IMG/VR virus record: IMGVR_UViG_3300036446_000021
Direction: 5' to 3' (one strand)
DNA: 64,000 bases
Origin: a virus
Notes under the pieces: model-generated
Told to the model about the DNA's origin: nothing
Database searches by the model: none
Seen by the model: only the letters and a program-made list of their open reading frames with translations
Made by a program: the position numbers and the translations under genes
Shown here: positions 37,301 through 46,558 of the stretch, piece by piece
How positions within the stretch are numbered: the stretch's first letter is position 1
Layout: each line of letters begins with the position of its first letter

Positions 37301-38547
37301 CGTTCACCTCTATCAAATGCTGCTGTGATAACAGGATCGTTTTTACCTTTGGTCTTTACTTCGTCTGCGTAAAGACTGATGAGGTTACCAACATCGCTAA
37401 ACCCTTTGCCAATATTGCCTAAAGTACGGGCATCTTCTTCTTTGTAGTTCTTTCTTAAAATCGCTAAGTCGTTTGTTTGTTGCGGATTTTGCTCAGTTGG
37501 TTTTGTTGCCGTTGCTTTGCTTTGTTTCTTTTTTACTTCAGGTTTCAGTGCCGATTCTCCAGCTTTTTTTAGTTCCTCTACAGTTGCCTTCTTGCCCTGT
37601 TTTTTTAACTCTGTCCGCTTTTGCTCGATTGCGGCTTCAACTTTCGCTTTTGGCGTAGCTTGATTCACTGGCTGACTGGTTGAGGAAGACGCGGTTTTAG
37701 CACCTCCTTTCTTTGCTCTCACGCACCCAGGTCTATTACCCTCCCAACCCCGTCCGCACTTTTCAGCGTCCTCCCGTAACCGCTCGATTGCCCCACTCAT
37801 GTCATAGTCAAGGTCAGCATACTTAGCGATCGCTTTTTGGTGGGCTTCAATAGTTGGCATCTGAGCATCTTGTTTGGGTTGAGTTTTGAGGTGACGCGCG
37901 ATCGCCCAGCCTGCCATCGTTAGGTCAAAGAGCGTCGATCGTTCCTGCTGAGTTAGTCGGTCAGTAGTTCCAGCATCAGCATCAGCGCGGCTGACAGGCA
38001 CCCTAGCAGTAACCAGTGCATGAAGGGCTTTGCCTTGTTTGGTGAGTCGTTCGGCGTATCTGTGGGCAAGGTCTGAGACTGCAACGGCTGTACTGATGCC
38101 GCCTGCTTTTCCGGCAATGATGGCTCCAAGGGCTTTGGCATGTGCTGATCCTTCTATATGTTCCAACGCCGAATGCGCCCCTGAATGCGAACTTTTGCCG
38201 ATCGCCCCTGCTGCCGCTTCAGTAATAAATTTGGCAGCAAGTTCTGTAGGGTTACGATTCTCTGGCTTGCGGGCATGGATGAGAGTAGCAGCGATCGCTT
38301 GAACTGCGGTTTCACTAATCAGATGAGCCGCGCCAGGGGGGAAACCGTGCGAAGCTGCCACTTGCGCGATCGCGCCTCCTACTGTCTTGCCAACGCCCCA
38401 GGATAATGCTGATTCCGAGACGTGTTCTGCTGCATGAGCGACTTTAGACCGAACGCAATGCCCCTTTAGCCCTTCCCATCCCTTACCGCAGTCATCATCC
38501 AGCCTGGCTTCGACGAGGCTATTGACACGGGCAAAGGTTGTAGACAT
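34363..38547 (-). CDS. 1394-aa multi-module head-associated protein (two ParB-like domains, GNAT domain, Cys micro-modules)
   Basis: NFNPALVIETGKDQYQAIGG and NWVPILVHENADGSYKVVGNHFAHEVVRRAG (ParB/Srx-like); KGSGSEMFNQLLHHAAKLGKGIEASSVDSAKGFYAKMGM (GNAT motifs A/B). Confidence 0.65.
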   Translation of the reverse strand: MSTTFARVNSLVEARLDDDCGKGWEGLKGHCVRSKVAHAAEHVSESALSWGVGKTVGGAIAQVAASHGFPPGAAHLISETAVQAIAATLIHARKPENRNPTELAAKFITEAAAGAIGKSSHSGAHSALEHIEGSAHAKALGAIIAGKAGGISTAVAVSDLAHRYAERLTKQGKALHALVTARVPVSRADADAGTTDRLTQQERSTLFDLTMAGWAIARHLKTQPKQDAQMPTIEAHQKAIAKYADLDYDMSGAIERLREDAEKCGRGWEGNRPGCVRAKKGGAKTASSSTSQPVNQATPKAKVEAAIEQKRTELKKQGKKATVEELKKAGESALKPEVKKKQSKATATKPTEQNPQQTNDLAILRKNYKEEDARTLGNIGKGFSDVGNLISLYADEVKTKGKNDPVITAAFDRGERNFNPALVIETGKDQYQAIGGISEKITASANASKGGRAYSVIVSNNPEQIALAKMMQVPDKVDAAHVKPMQNQLSRKEGGSGFSDNGNYQHLYTDEIATDPTANKKHKGTQGQVDAAARKLLETNGRNWVPILVHENADGSYKVVGNHFAHEVVRRAGIDRAWAVQVSSDKDERADALDQLHADAKWEPCGKGYAPPGSCKAGRPTGAVSSRHILEPHADPFSTSGQKEQQGRTSRIDQLVSKLESGRFKPQANDPNGHGKQGTLTALKDAKNPRIGLFTSHNKDGYITGAMSYKEGKSLISVQNFGADGSTKGSGSEMFNQLLHHAAKLGKGIEASSVDSAKGFYAKMGMTDQGYGQFSMSKQEVATAIAKLSRKDALDDRLTLAQLIGEELQAPGLYGAPIRIRKFNVQGKTVTGEFVGTQDGRSYAFTYANGNVTYQPAVAKLDSESANQFTVRWDSHTEALEAKVSNPVRLDATGKRLKCGSATYQCGGICQGVHRNCHKNEKAAVDHGRINKINALIEHLSQGGEHPSKGLDKPDAAKLQGVAAQIQQTRDLKAANTIAKRTGDRMVKNTPTEVAPKKPASMTVGAIVPGTTKAPIVIPQAEAARLAVMGHMKIPVPTKAIMPEVLPPETSQSGRGKRLAGLVNQLQQNHEADIKNAAQIHAVAHAALHQLDPTHTVQLSEPAASTFQRPTGTPRQRIEKLLNNLQENETASNRNAAMTYAVAQTTVNQLAARGKQGQPSKEIEGRERQAIGLPSTVPKEFTETAEQLKRQASKSYYGSVRNVNGEHRDPYGVPLFVPASSSGTVGGFAPNGHTPTFLSEVTKEAAADYRRKKQKGLNQEALRDLSWKVQKMENADWQNAKQHGVHTVLLDPDKNPSIAKKRTAKGIHSAPLAPKARSRTAADFGDKGKYKHVSLDSLSHEVVQAARSRLVAQYPYLATKMDSDCGCQECSAKKRRKKKELPDAPDQLKVALKV

Positions 38548-38584
38548 AGCTTAAACCGATAACTGCCCATATCATAACCGTGTC

Positions 38585-39439
38585 TCAAAGTAAAGATTCT
38601 GTTTTCTCGGCAAAACGGCATGGTCTTGTTAGCGTAGCTTCTATACTCCACCCCATTTTTAATCTCGCCCCAATGGTGCCACTTGTTAGCCCTGTATCTC
38701 TTGCCCAAGCAGCAATTGAGAGCATTTTTCCGTTATAAGAAAGTATCCGCTTTGCTCCGTTACGGGTTGTCAGCGCTTTCTCTACAGTCCATCCAAATTT
38801 GTCAATGCGGTTAGCAATTACAGAACCTGCTATACCCAGTCTTTCGGCCCACTCTGCCAAAGTCAGTCGTTCGCCGTTAAATTCTATAAACCGATTTCTT
38901 CTAGTATTTCTGGCTTGCTGCTTTTTTGTTGCCCAGTAGCAATTCTCAGGGCAGTAGTCGCCATCATTATCTCTACGATCGATAGAATGCTCTGAAGATG
39001 GTTTTAAACCCATGTCAGCAATGAAGTTCTCAAACTTACGCCAGCGATCGCAAACTTTTATTCCTCTACCGCCGTAGTCCTCAAACCTTGTGTCTTTAGG
39101 GCTATCGCATCGACGGATCATCTGACCCCATATTCTATATTCTGGAGTTTTTCCGCCAACTGTTGCGCCATGACTTAAGTTATGCCTTGTTACAGGAGGC
39201 TTATTAATTGTCCGACAAAGCTCTGATTTGTAACATCCGCAAGATATGCCCTTGCCAGTGATTACTATCTGCGCGTTAGTAATCTTTTCTTTGCCGCAAT
39301 CGCATTTGAACAGCCATAAATGCTTGTAAATCCATCCGCTTACAGGATGTTTGCACTTCTCAACAAGCCTTACAGCCTTTAATCGTCCATATTTTTGACC
39401 AGGACGCAAATCATGTATACTTGGCATTGCAGCCTCCAA
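38585..39439 (-). CDS. HNH homing-endonuclease-like protein with repeated C-terminal DNA-binding modules
   Basis: WLFKCDCG; YGGRGIKVCDRW; HSIDRRDNDGDYCPENCYWAT; two [FY]NGxxLT/SxAxWA repeats. Confidence 0.85.
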   Translation of the reverse strand: MEAAMPSIHDLRPGQKYGRLKAVRLVEKCKHPVSGWIYKHLWLFKCDCGKEKITNAQIVITGKGISCGCYKSELCRTINKPPVTRHNLSHGATVGGKTPEYRIWGQMIRRCDSPKDTRFEDYGGRGIKVCDRWRKFENFIADMGLKPSSEHSIDRRDNDGDYCPENCYWATKKQQARNTRRNRFIEFNGERLTLAEWAERLGIAGSVIANRIDKFGWTVEKALTTRNGAKRILSYNGKMLSIAAWARDTGLTSGTIGARLKMGWSIEATLTRPCRFAEKTESLL

Positions 39440-39576
39440 CTAGGTTGTCATCCCCCGGCTCTGACTCCCCAGAAAGAGCGCGGGGCTTTTACTTATTCTA
39501 GCATTTCGCCACTCAACACCAAGCAAGATGCACAAAGCGGTAAAAAGATCAACGCGATCGCTTGTTCTAGGGCAAA

Positions 39577-40089
39577 ATGGAACTGTCCATCCTGGACAGA
39601 CTGATGAACCTCGATACTCTCTTAAAGACGATCGCGCAAATCCCTGAAGACCTGGCAGAAATCTTGTCCAAGGTGCGTTTGCTGCCATTAATCGTCACTG
39701 CTCTCTCAAAAATGGAAGATAGAATTATGTCCACTCTCTCTGATTTCGAGGCATTCAAGCCCAAAGTGCTAGAGCTAATCGACAAGCTCAACCAGTCTAC
39801 TGACCAATCACAGCAACTAGCTGACGTGCAGAAGCAGTTGGCTGAAGCACTGGCAGATGATAAGGCTGATGAAGAGGCGATCGATGCTGCCAATGCTAAG
39901 GCGGCTGAGTTGCAAGCGGCGGCTGATGCCAAAGCCCAAGAAGATGCTCAGTTGACGGCTGAAATCGCTCAATTGAGTCAGCAGATTGGTGGTGATGCTC
40001 CTGCAACTGCTACGCCCGCACCTGTAGCACCTGTGGTCGAGCCTGACCCCGTAGCGCCACCAGTTGTACCTGCTACGCCCGCTCAATAG
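39577..40089 (+). CDS. Acidic Ala-rich coiled-coil protein with Pro-rich tail
   Basis: QLADVQKQLAEALADDKADEEAIDAANAKAAELQAAADAK...; single plus-strand gene followed by a terminator. Confidence 0.6.
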   Translation: MELSILDRLMNLDTLLKTIAQIPEDLAEILSKVRLLPLIVTALSKMEDRIMSTLSDFEAFKPKVLELIDKLNQSTDQSQQLADVQKQLAEALADDKADEEAIDAANAKAAELQAAADAKAQEDAQLTAEIAQLSQQIGGDAPATATPAPVAPVVEPDPVAPPVVPATPAQ

Positions 40090-40109
40090 TTGTATTGCTT
40101 TCTGAAAGG

Positions 40110-40139
40110 CGAAACCCCTGCCGAATAGCAGGGGTTTCG
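40110..40139. terminator. Intrinsic terminator between convergent genes
   Basis: CGAAACCCCTGC-cgaata-GCAGGGGTTTCG 12-bp stem followed by a T-tract. Confidence 0.8.
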
Positions 40140-40143
40140 TTTT

Positions 40144-40368
40144 CTATAGATTAGATTTTTTCTCTACAAGTCCCGTTTTGGATTGAAACAAAGACTGAAT
40201 ATTACCTGTACTGTTAACAACCCTTTTCAAAAATTCTTCATAACAGTCTGAATTTGATAGCTTTGGTTGTGGGTGTCGAATATTGCCTGTCTTGTTTATG
40301 ATTGTATTCTTAACAACTTCAATACTGCCAATTTTTTTGTCGTCAAGCAAGTAAATAAATTTAGTCAT
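40144..40368 (-). CDS. Small hypothetical protein coupled to the portal-kinase gene
   Basis: 74 aa, AT-rich, start shares base 40368 with the upstream stop. Confidence 0.5.
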   Translation of the reverse strand: MTKFIYLLDDKKIGSIEVVKNTIINKTGNIRHPQPKLSNSDCYEEFLKRVVNSTGNIQSLFQSKTGLVEKKSNL

Positions 40369-43300
40369 TAAAAGCCTGCCTTTACTAGCTTTTCTAGCAA
40401 TTCTTTAGCGTACCCGAAGCTGTCTCTAATAGAATTCTGCCTTTCTGGAGTAAACTCTTGTCTCTGTTTTTCATCCGAAGAAGGTATAAGTTTGTCTTGT
40501 GATGCTATAGCACTCTTGGCAAATTCGGCTTTATTCATATCAGCAAGCCCGCGCAGTGTTTCTACAAAAAGGTGTAAATTTTCTTTCTCACTATGTGTCA
40601 ACTTTTTGTTTGACAAAACAGAATCAAAACTTTTTTCAATAGCCTCACGTTCGTAATCTCGATAGGGCGAGTAAGGAGACTTGTAGAAAGCACCTTCATT
40701 ATCAATAGCGTGATAGGAATCTGTTTTCTGATCGTAAAAAATATTTCCATCATGACGATCGCCATTAAACGAAAAAACATCAAAAGCGTGTATCCTGGCT
40801 AAATCTGGATGGCTGATAGCATTTTTAAGCGCATCCTTGCTAGAAAGCATAAGACTATCGGGTTGTGTAAATTTCTGAACCTCCCCCAGCGACACTCCCG
40901 ACACAAATTGGCTCAATATTCTAGGGTAGCGATCGTCCTTGTCTGCTATTTCTGGATCTTCTATTTTGATCTTTGCTGTATTAATTCCGGCTGCTTGCAT
41001 TACCTTTTGTGCAATCATCTCTGATGTGTTGTCATAAGGAATATAACCAGTCATAGCGCTGGCAACTTTTGCAACATACTTCTGACCTCGATCGTCCTCA
41101 AAAATACTGTGTTTATTTTCGCCGATTGTGCCTAATTGTTTAAGCTCTTCAAAATTAACCAAATCTTTTTTAGTTAGAGCTAAGTCAGCAGTTCTGTTTT
41201 TTGGTTCTTCTGTGGCTTTTGCTTTCGTTTTTGCTTTTGCCTGCCGCTTCGGTTTCTTCTCTGCCGTTGGTTTTTCAGCCACAGTCGCGGGTGTTTTAGG
41301 CTTAACAGATCGCGTCTTCTTCTCAGCTTTTTCGGTCTTAGCCTTGGCAGATGCTTTCTCAGCCTTGGCTGAAGTTACAGCGGGCTTATCCTCACCTCTA
41401 GCAGCAGCGATCGCGCTCCTCGCCTCCACCTTCACCACAGCCCGTGCTGCTGCTCGTAGCTCTTTGGCAGTCGGTTCCTTGCCTGCTTTTTTGGCTTCAC
41501 GGCGCGTCTTGTCGATCGCCTTCTGAATCTTGCCGCGCAGGTCTTTCTCAATAGACTCAGGGTCAGCCCCGGTCTTTTTGGCGATCGCGGTAGCAATAGC
41601 AGAGGATGTCTTGCTGGTCTGATATTTGCCGCCTTTAGTCCCACCCTTAGCTTTAGTAGCAGTCTTTGGGGTAGCAGGAGTGGCAGCGCCTTCACCAACG
41701 AACTCTGCGATCGCAACATTAGACTTGCCAAAGGTGTTAAACTTCTTGCCTTTCTCCAGCCCTTCATTCTTGGCTTTGGCTTTGGCTAAAAGCTCCTGAC
41801 GAGTGGCATCCAGACGCACATCAGAATCTTGTTTAGCAAATTTGCGGGGGTCGTAAGCCCAATTTCTGAGGCTAATTAGGCGTTTAGTCATCCACACGGG
41901 CGCGTCGGCACTAACAGGCTCACCCTTACCTGCACCACGCATGCGAGCAATAAACGACACCGTTCTGAGCGCTTGTGTGGCATCTGCCTGCGTCCACTGT
42001 GCTTTAGGCTTCTGCAACAGTCTCAGGTTGCGTTGGATAGGTGCGCGATCGACACTTGCCAGTTTGCTCCAACGTGTTTTAGACCATGCCAGAAACTCAC
42101 TGGCACTCATGTTCACAGCGCCGTGGTATTTGGCATAGGCGGTGTCGATTGGTGAGTCAACAGCATCAAGCCTGTACCGCTCTAAGTCAGCTAAACTTAT
42201 CGCCTTAATGCCACCGAACATATCGGCAGGCATCACCTTGAGGAACGTCTCGCGAGCAGTATCCAGGCTGTCAAAGCCCAGCATGTATTTGTGCTCATCA
42301 AATTGCCCATCAATGAGTTGAGTGACTTCAAAGACCCGATTGCTTTCCAGGTCGGTGCCGACATAGCAATCACACGCCATGCCATCCGCACCGCGAGTCT
42401 TTTGAATATGCCCGTATGCCACAGGCAACACCTTCCCATGCCGGATATCGAAGGGCTGATATTGCAGCCCTAGTTTCAAGCCCTGCCAATCGATAATGCG
42501 TTTGACAGGAGTGGCATCATCCAAATGAAATGAGTCAGCAGAGTCGAGAAGAGCGCGATCGCTCAAAATATCGTCCGCGATCGACTGGTCTTGCTGCGCC
42601 TGTTCATCTTGCCCCAGTGCCTGATCTTCATCCGCAGTCGCTCCGTCCGCAGGCTGATCGCCACCTTGTAAAGCACTTACGTCTGGCTCAGTTGGTTGTG
42701 GTTTGGCTTCTTCCTTGATGTCACGTTGCAATGCCTCAGCGTATGGCTTGGGCAGGGTGATGGCACTGCTGTACTCTTTCTGTCCATAGGTAGCCGCGAT
42801 CGCCACCTTGCCAAAGCGTGGGTCAACACCATTTAAATCCTGAATCAACTGTGCCCGCTTTAGTTCTAAGTCAGCCTGTTCCGCTGGCGACGGTGGATAA
42901 GGAGGTAACCATTCCCACCCCAAACCATCAGGCAAGTCTCCATTTGTGGGTCCTGACTTGCAAAGGCAGACTAACTGCTGCAAGTCTTGAATGCTGTCGT
43001 CATATTTATCAACCTGGAACTGCGTTGTTGTCTCGTTCCACAGTTGGTTCTCAGTGGTCGATTGCCCGGTCGAGTTTAAGCCACTGGCAAACTCCCCAAA
43101 GGCGATCGCGGGTGGCAGGTCAATGCTCGCCAAAAGATTTTCCTTGACGCGATCATGCAAGTCACTCATACCTGTCACTTGCCGCGTCCAGTTGTCCAAC
43201 GCCTCGTTATCCATATCAATCACCTGAGTCCGGTAATTGCTACGACTGATCTGATCAACCTGCAAGCGAGTCAGCAGTTCGGCTTTGTACTCGTCACCGC

Positions 43301-44105
43301 GATCTGCTAAGTTCTGCGCCAGGTCTTTCACCTTACGGACAGGCACATCAAAATCGGTGAGCATACGCCCCGCCGCTTGTACAGCAGGTTGATACATGAA
43401 CCACGCATCACGCACCAATTCAAGAATCGAATCATCGCAGCCATTATTGGCAATGAGGTCGTAGTCGTCAAGAATCGGCACACCCCGAAACCAATGCACA
43501 CGACTCCTGTGAATGCGTTGCCCGTTGGCATAACCTTTCATGTTGTAAGTATTCAACACAATGTAGTGCTCCGGCAACCCACTACTCAGTGTGGAAATGT
43601 CTGGTCTAAGCGCATGACGTGAGAGCAGCGCCATTTTATTGATGCGCTTGATGTGTTCGCGATCTAGCGGCTCATCCAGTTTGCGGCCATCATCAACATC
43701 GAGCACTAAACCACTATTGCCAGTTTGTAGAGCAAGCTCACCCGCGATCTGATACCCCTTTTTGGTTCTGCCAAGCCGTTGCAAGGGTGTGACAACTGGA
43801 ATATTGTTGACAGCATCGGCGATCGACTGGAGCAGCTTAGCGTCACCGTTTGCCAGTGTCGGTCTACCCCACCGCCAAGTGGCAGCTTTGGGCAAGTTTG
43901 TAGTCAGCTTTTTGAGCAGCCCTGACTGACGGACTAGCGCTGATTGCTCTTGCCTTGAAAGACGACTCAGACCAGGTTGAATGTAGGTATGCTGCGTTGG
44001 ATCGACATACGGGTTCCCCATGCCTGTGTAGGGATTCTGCAAACCGCTGAAGACTTGCAACAGGGAATCTAAACGGATATCGAACGTTGGAGTTTCAGAA
44101 GACAT
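40368..44105 (-). CDS. DUF1073-type portal protein fused to InPase-like, DUF3140-like and HipA-like kinase domains
   Basis: N-terminal ~440 aa portal (RIHRSRVHWFRG; IPPAIAFGE-like DLPPAIAFGEFASGLNSTG; WEWLP); YGHIQKTRGADGMACDCYVG...FDEHKYMLGF; VNMSASEFLAW; YVAK...SEMIA...DRHDGN...AIDNEGAF. Confidence 0.78.
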   Translation of the reverse strand: MSSETPTFDIRLDSLLQVFSGLQNPYTGMGNPYVDPTQHTYIQPGLSRLSRQEQSALVRQSGLLKKLTTNLPKAATWRWGRPTLANGDAKLLQSIADAVNNIPVVTPLQRLGRTKKGYQIAGELALQTGNSGLVLDVDDGRKLDEPLDREHIKRINKMALLSRHALRPDISTLSSGLPEHYIVLNTYNMKGYANGQRIHRSRVHWFRGVPILDDYDLIANNGCDDSILELVRDAWFMYQPAVQAAGRMLTDFDVPVRKVKDLAQNLADRGDEYKAELLTRLQVDQISRSNYRTQVIDMDNEALDNWTRQVTGMSDLHDRVKENLLASIDLPPAIAFGEFASGLNSTGQSTTENQLWNETTTQFQVDKYDDSIQDLQQLVCLCKSGPTNGDLPDGLGWEWLPPYPPSPAEQADLELKRAQLIQDLNGVDPRFGKVAIAATYGQKEYSSAITLPKPYAEALQRDIKEEAKPQPTEPDVSALQGGDQPADGATADEDQALGQDEQAQQDQSIADDILSDRALLDSADSFHLDDATPVKRIIDWQGLKLGLQYQPFDIRHGKVLPVAYGHIQKTRGADGMACDCYVGTDLESNRVFEVTQLIDGQFDEHKYMLGFDSLDTARETFLKVMPADMFGGIKAISLADLERYRLDAVDSPIDTAYAKYHGAVNMSASEFLAWSKTRWSKLASVDRAPIQRNLRLLQKPKAQWTQADATQALRTVSFIARMRGAGKGEPVSADAPVWMTKRLISLRNWAYDPRKFAKQDSDVRLDATRQELLAKAKAKNEGLEKGKKFNTFGKSNVAIAEFVGEGAATPATPKTATKAKGGTKGGKYQTSKTSSAIATAIAKKTGADPESIEKDLRGKIQKAIDKTRREAKKAGKEPTAKELRAAARAVVKVEARSAIAAARGEDKPAVTSAKAEKASAKAKTEKAEKKTRSVKPKTPATVAEKPTAEKKPKRQAKAKTKAKATEEPKNRTADLALTKKDLVNFEELKQLGTIGENKHSIFEDDRGQKYVAKVASAMTGYIPYDNTSEMIAQKVMQAAGINTAKIKIEDPEIADKDDRYPRILSQFVSGVSLGEVQKFTQPDSLMLSSKDALKNAISHPDLARIHAFDVFSFNGDRHDGNIFYDQKTDSYHAIDNEGAFYKSPYSPYRDYEREAIEKSFDSVLSNKKLTHSEKENLHLFVETLRGLADMNKAEFAKSAIASQDKLIPSSDEKQRQEFTPERQNSIRDSFGYAKELLEKLVKAGF

Positions 44106-44173
44106 TGCGCTTTGCTGGAGTGCCGCTGCTTACATCATGCCTTGCAAGGCACAAAACGGTGCAACCTGCAAGT

Positions 44174-45754
44174 CTAGACGAGCGACTTCATCCAATTAAC
44201 GTTAGATGGCATTTGATCAAGACTAGCAAAGGCGATCGCCGCCGCCATTACCGCATCATCATGCATCCCTGATTCAGCTTGACGCAACCGCGAAGCCCCT
44301 TTGATAGTTTCAATAAAATGCGGCATCTCTTGAGCAATCGCGCTGTCTGCCGGGAACTGTAACTGTTCGCGCTCTAAAAGCAAAATGAGGCGATCGGTGT
44401 TGATCAACTTGGATGTATTAGTGGTGCAGACACCTTGCCAGTTCCAGGCCGCTTTGAGCTGACTCAGATCTTCTAGGATGAGTGTACCGCCTGAGTTGGT
44501 TTCAACACTGACCACGCCCGGTTTATATTGTTCTAGCAGCAAAAGCGATTGAGAAATACTGTAATCTTTAGTCTTGCGACTGGCACCATATTCTGCTGCC
44601 AATGAGTATGGCGTGCGTGTCACATCCCATACTTGACAACGGAAAAAGTCGGCACCGCCAAAGTTGGGATCAATCCCTGCCAGATAACGTCGTCCTTTCT
44701 GCGGTGCTTGCAAGCGCCCAATCGTAGCTTTCTCAATCAACTCAAGGTTGAAAACATTCTTCTGCCCTTCGCTGAACTGAAGCTCGTATTCTTGATCCCA
44801 AGCTTGTGTAGTTAACTGGCGTTCAAGGCGCGTTTTTTCTGCCCACTCAGGATCAGCACCATACAGCGGATGCGATCGCCAATGCAAGAAAACTTTGGCC
44901 CATTTCTTGTGCTCCCACGAGCGGGTATTAGGATTTTGCCCCCGCTGAAACGGCACAATGTTGTTGGCAGGCTGACGAATAGCTGTCAAGGTTTCATTGA
45001 CGCGTTTGGCTTCGCCGACACCAGCCATAATCAAACGGTAGAATAGCCCTGTACGTCCGTTCGGCGTACTGTTAAAAATCACCTTGCCGCGATCGCCCAA
45101 CATTGATAGTGTCGGCATGGCTGCCTGGTATACCCCGTCAATACCGTCGATAAACGCAGCTTCGTCAAAGAGAATGACCGAAACAGATGGGATACCACGA
45201 GCAGCGCGGGCGGTAACAGGTAGGAAATGAATGCGTCCCAGACCCTTAAAGGCAAGTTTGGTTGCACTTTCGCTAGTTAGTACTGGGCAAAGCGAACCAA
45301 GAGAGATTGCCATGTCTCGAATCCGTCTGCCCAATTCAGACGAATCACCTTGAGTCTTGCTGAACACTACGGCACTAAACCCTGGTTCTGTGAGCGCTCG
45401 CATCAACAAATAGCAGCAGATGGTTTCTGAAACACCCATCTGCCGTGACTTGCAAATGACTGTGTTCTGACTTTGCTCGATTGATTGGATCAGGTCAATC
45501 TGGTAGTCGTATGGTGCAAACGGTTTGACCGTACCAGAGGTCTGAATCTGGGTCATGGGCGCAAAGATTGCCCACAGAGACACGAACGCCCCTACCGCAA
45601 TCAGCTTTTGTGCCGTTTCCCTTAAATGCCTTGCAACAGTCGATTCTTTCGTCGATGCTGTAACGCTATCATCAATCAGCTTTTGCGTGGTTGACTTAAG
45701 CCTGCGATCGCTATGCTTCGGTAGTAGCGCTAGGCTCATCACCGTCACCTTCAT
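44174..45754 (-). CDS. Terminase large subunit
   Basis: KSRQMGVSE (Walker A), ILFDEAAF (Walker B), NSTPNG, AGIDPN and HDDAVMA nuclease motifs. Confidence 0.92.
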   Translation of the reverse strand: MKVTVMSLALLPKHSDRRLKSTTQKLIDDSVTASTKESTVARHLRETAQKLIAVGAFVSLWAIFAPMTQIQTSGTVKPFAPYDYQIDLIQSIEQSQNTVICKSRQMGVSETICCYLLMRALTEPGFSAVVFSKTQGDSSELGRRIRDMAISLGSLCPVLTSESATKLAFKGLGRIHFLPVTARAARGIPSVSVILFDEAAFIDGIDGVYQAAMPTLSMLGDRGKVIFNSTPNGRTGLFYRLIMAGVGEAKRVNETLTAIRQPANNIVPFQRGQNPNTRSWEHKKWAKVFLHWRSHPLYGADPEWAEKTRLERQLTTQAWDQEYELQFSEGQKNVFNLELIEKATIGRLQAPQKGRRYLAGIDPNFGGADFFRCQVWDVTRTPYSLAAEYGASRKTKDYSISQSLLLLEQYKPGVVSVETNSGGTLILEDLSQLKAAWNWQGVCTTNTSKLINTDRLILLLEREQLQFPADSAIAQEMPHFIETIKGASRLRQAESGMHDDAVMAAAIAFASLDQMPSNVNWMKSLV

Positions 45755-46247
45755 AACTGTCAGTAATCAAAAATCCGTTGGGCAGTGGTTTCACTTTGTA
45801 CCCATAAGCTGCAAATGTTGCCAACGCGTCTGACAGAGGTAGTCGTTTGCCAATGACACTTTCAATCACCCATTGCGGTGTAGGCACTGAGCTAACGACC
45901 TTTTTTTTCTCGATCGTCACTTTGGCATCGCCTGTTTCTACGCCATCCTTATCTGTAAGTGCCTCAGTTTTTTCAATTTCGTAGATGTTGGTCTGTTTGG
46001 CTCTGCCATAAAGGTAGCTATCTCGCTGCTTGAGTGCCTGTTCAATGATTTCAGGATCAACATGGCAACGATAATCGTTCAATGCTAACTGTACTTTCTG
46101 GACTAGGGGGGTAACGGTATGCAGCCAAAAATAATAAGTTGACTTTGTAATCTTGGCAGCTTTCCAGGCGGTCTTAAGACTACCAGTTCGTCTAATAGTG
46201 TCCAATAAAATTGCTTCAACTTCTGGCGTGTATTTACTTTCAGCCAT
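45711..46247 (-). CDS. Terminase small subunit
   Basis: N-terminal HTH (GSLKTAWKAAKITKSTYYFW); directly upstream of and overlapping the large subunit. Confidence 0.7.
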   Translation of the reverse strand: MAESKYTPEVEAILLDTIRRTGSLKTAWKAAKITKSTYYFWLHTVTPLVQKVQLALNDYRCHVDPEIIEQALKQRDSYLYGRAKQTNIYEIEKTEALTDKDGVETGDAKVTIEKKKVVSSVPTPQWVIESVIGKRLPLSDALATFAAYGYKVKPLPNGFLITDSYEGDGDEPSATTEA

Positions 46248-46558
46248 TAGCCAACTAAATCCTTAAAGTCACAACCAAACACCTTTAACCACTCTCTCAA
46301 CTCTGGCGGATCGACTTTGCGCCCCGCATTCATGATTGCGTAAACGGACGATCGCGGTAGCCCAATCATGTCAGCAAGCTGACTAATGTTGTAAGGCGAT
46401 CGCTCAACTTGCTGCCTAAATTTACTAGCAAAAAGCTGCTGAGGCGTAACAGGTGTAGTATTTTCGGACACTTCCGCGTCGCTCAATCTTAGCAAGGGTA
46501 AAACAAGATATTGACCTAATGCCCTTATTATGCCTTCGGCTACCGCCATTCGGTTCAA
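46247..46558 (-). CDS. Xre-like HTH protein (true start probably a downstream GTG near 46471)
   Basis: SPYNISQLADMIGLPRSSVYAIMNAGRK; the listed start overlaps the divergent gene. Confidence 0.65.
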   Translation of the reverse strand: MNRMAVAEGIIRALGQYLVLPLLRLSDAEVSENTTPVTPQQLFASKFRQQVERSPYNISQLADMIGLPRSSVYAIMNAGRKVDPPELREWLKVFGCDFKDLVG

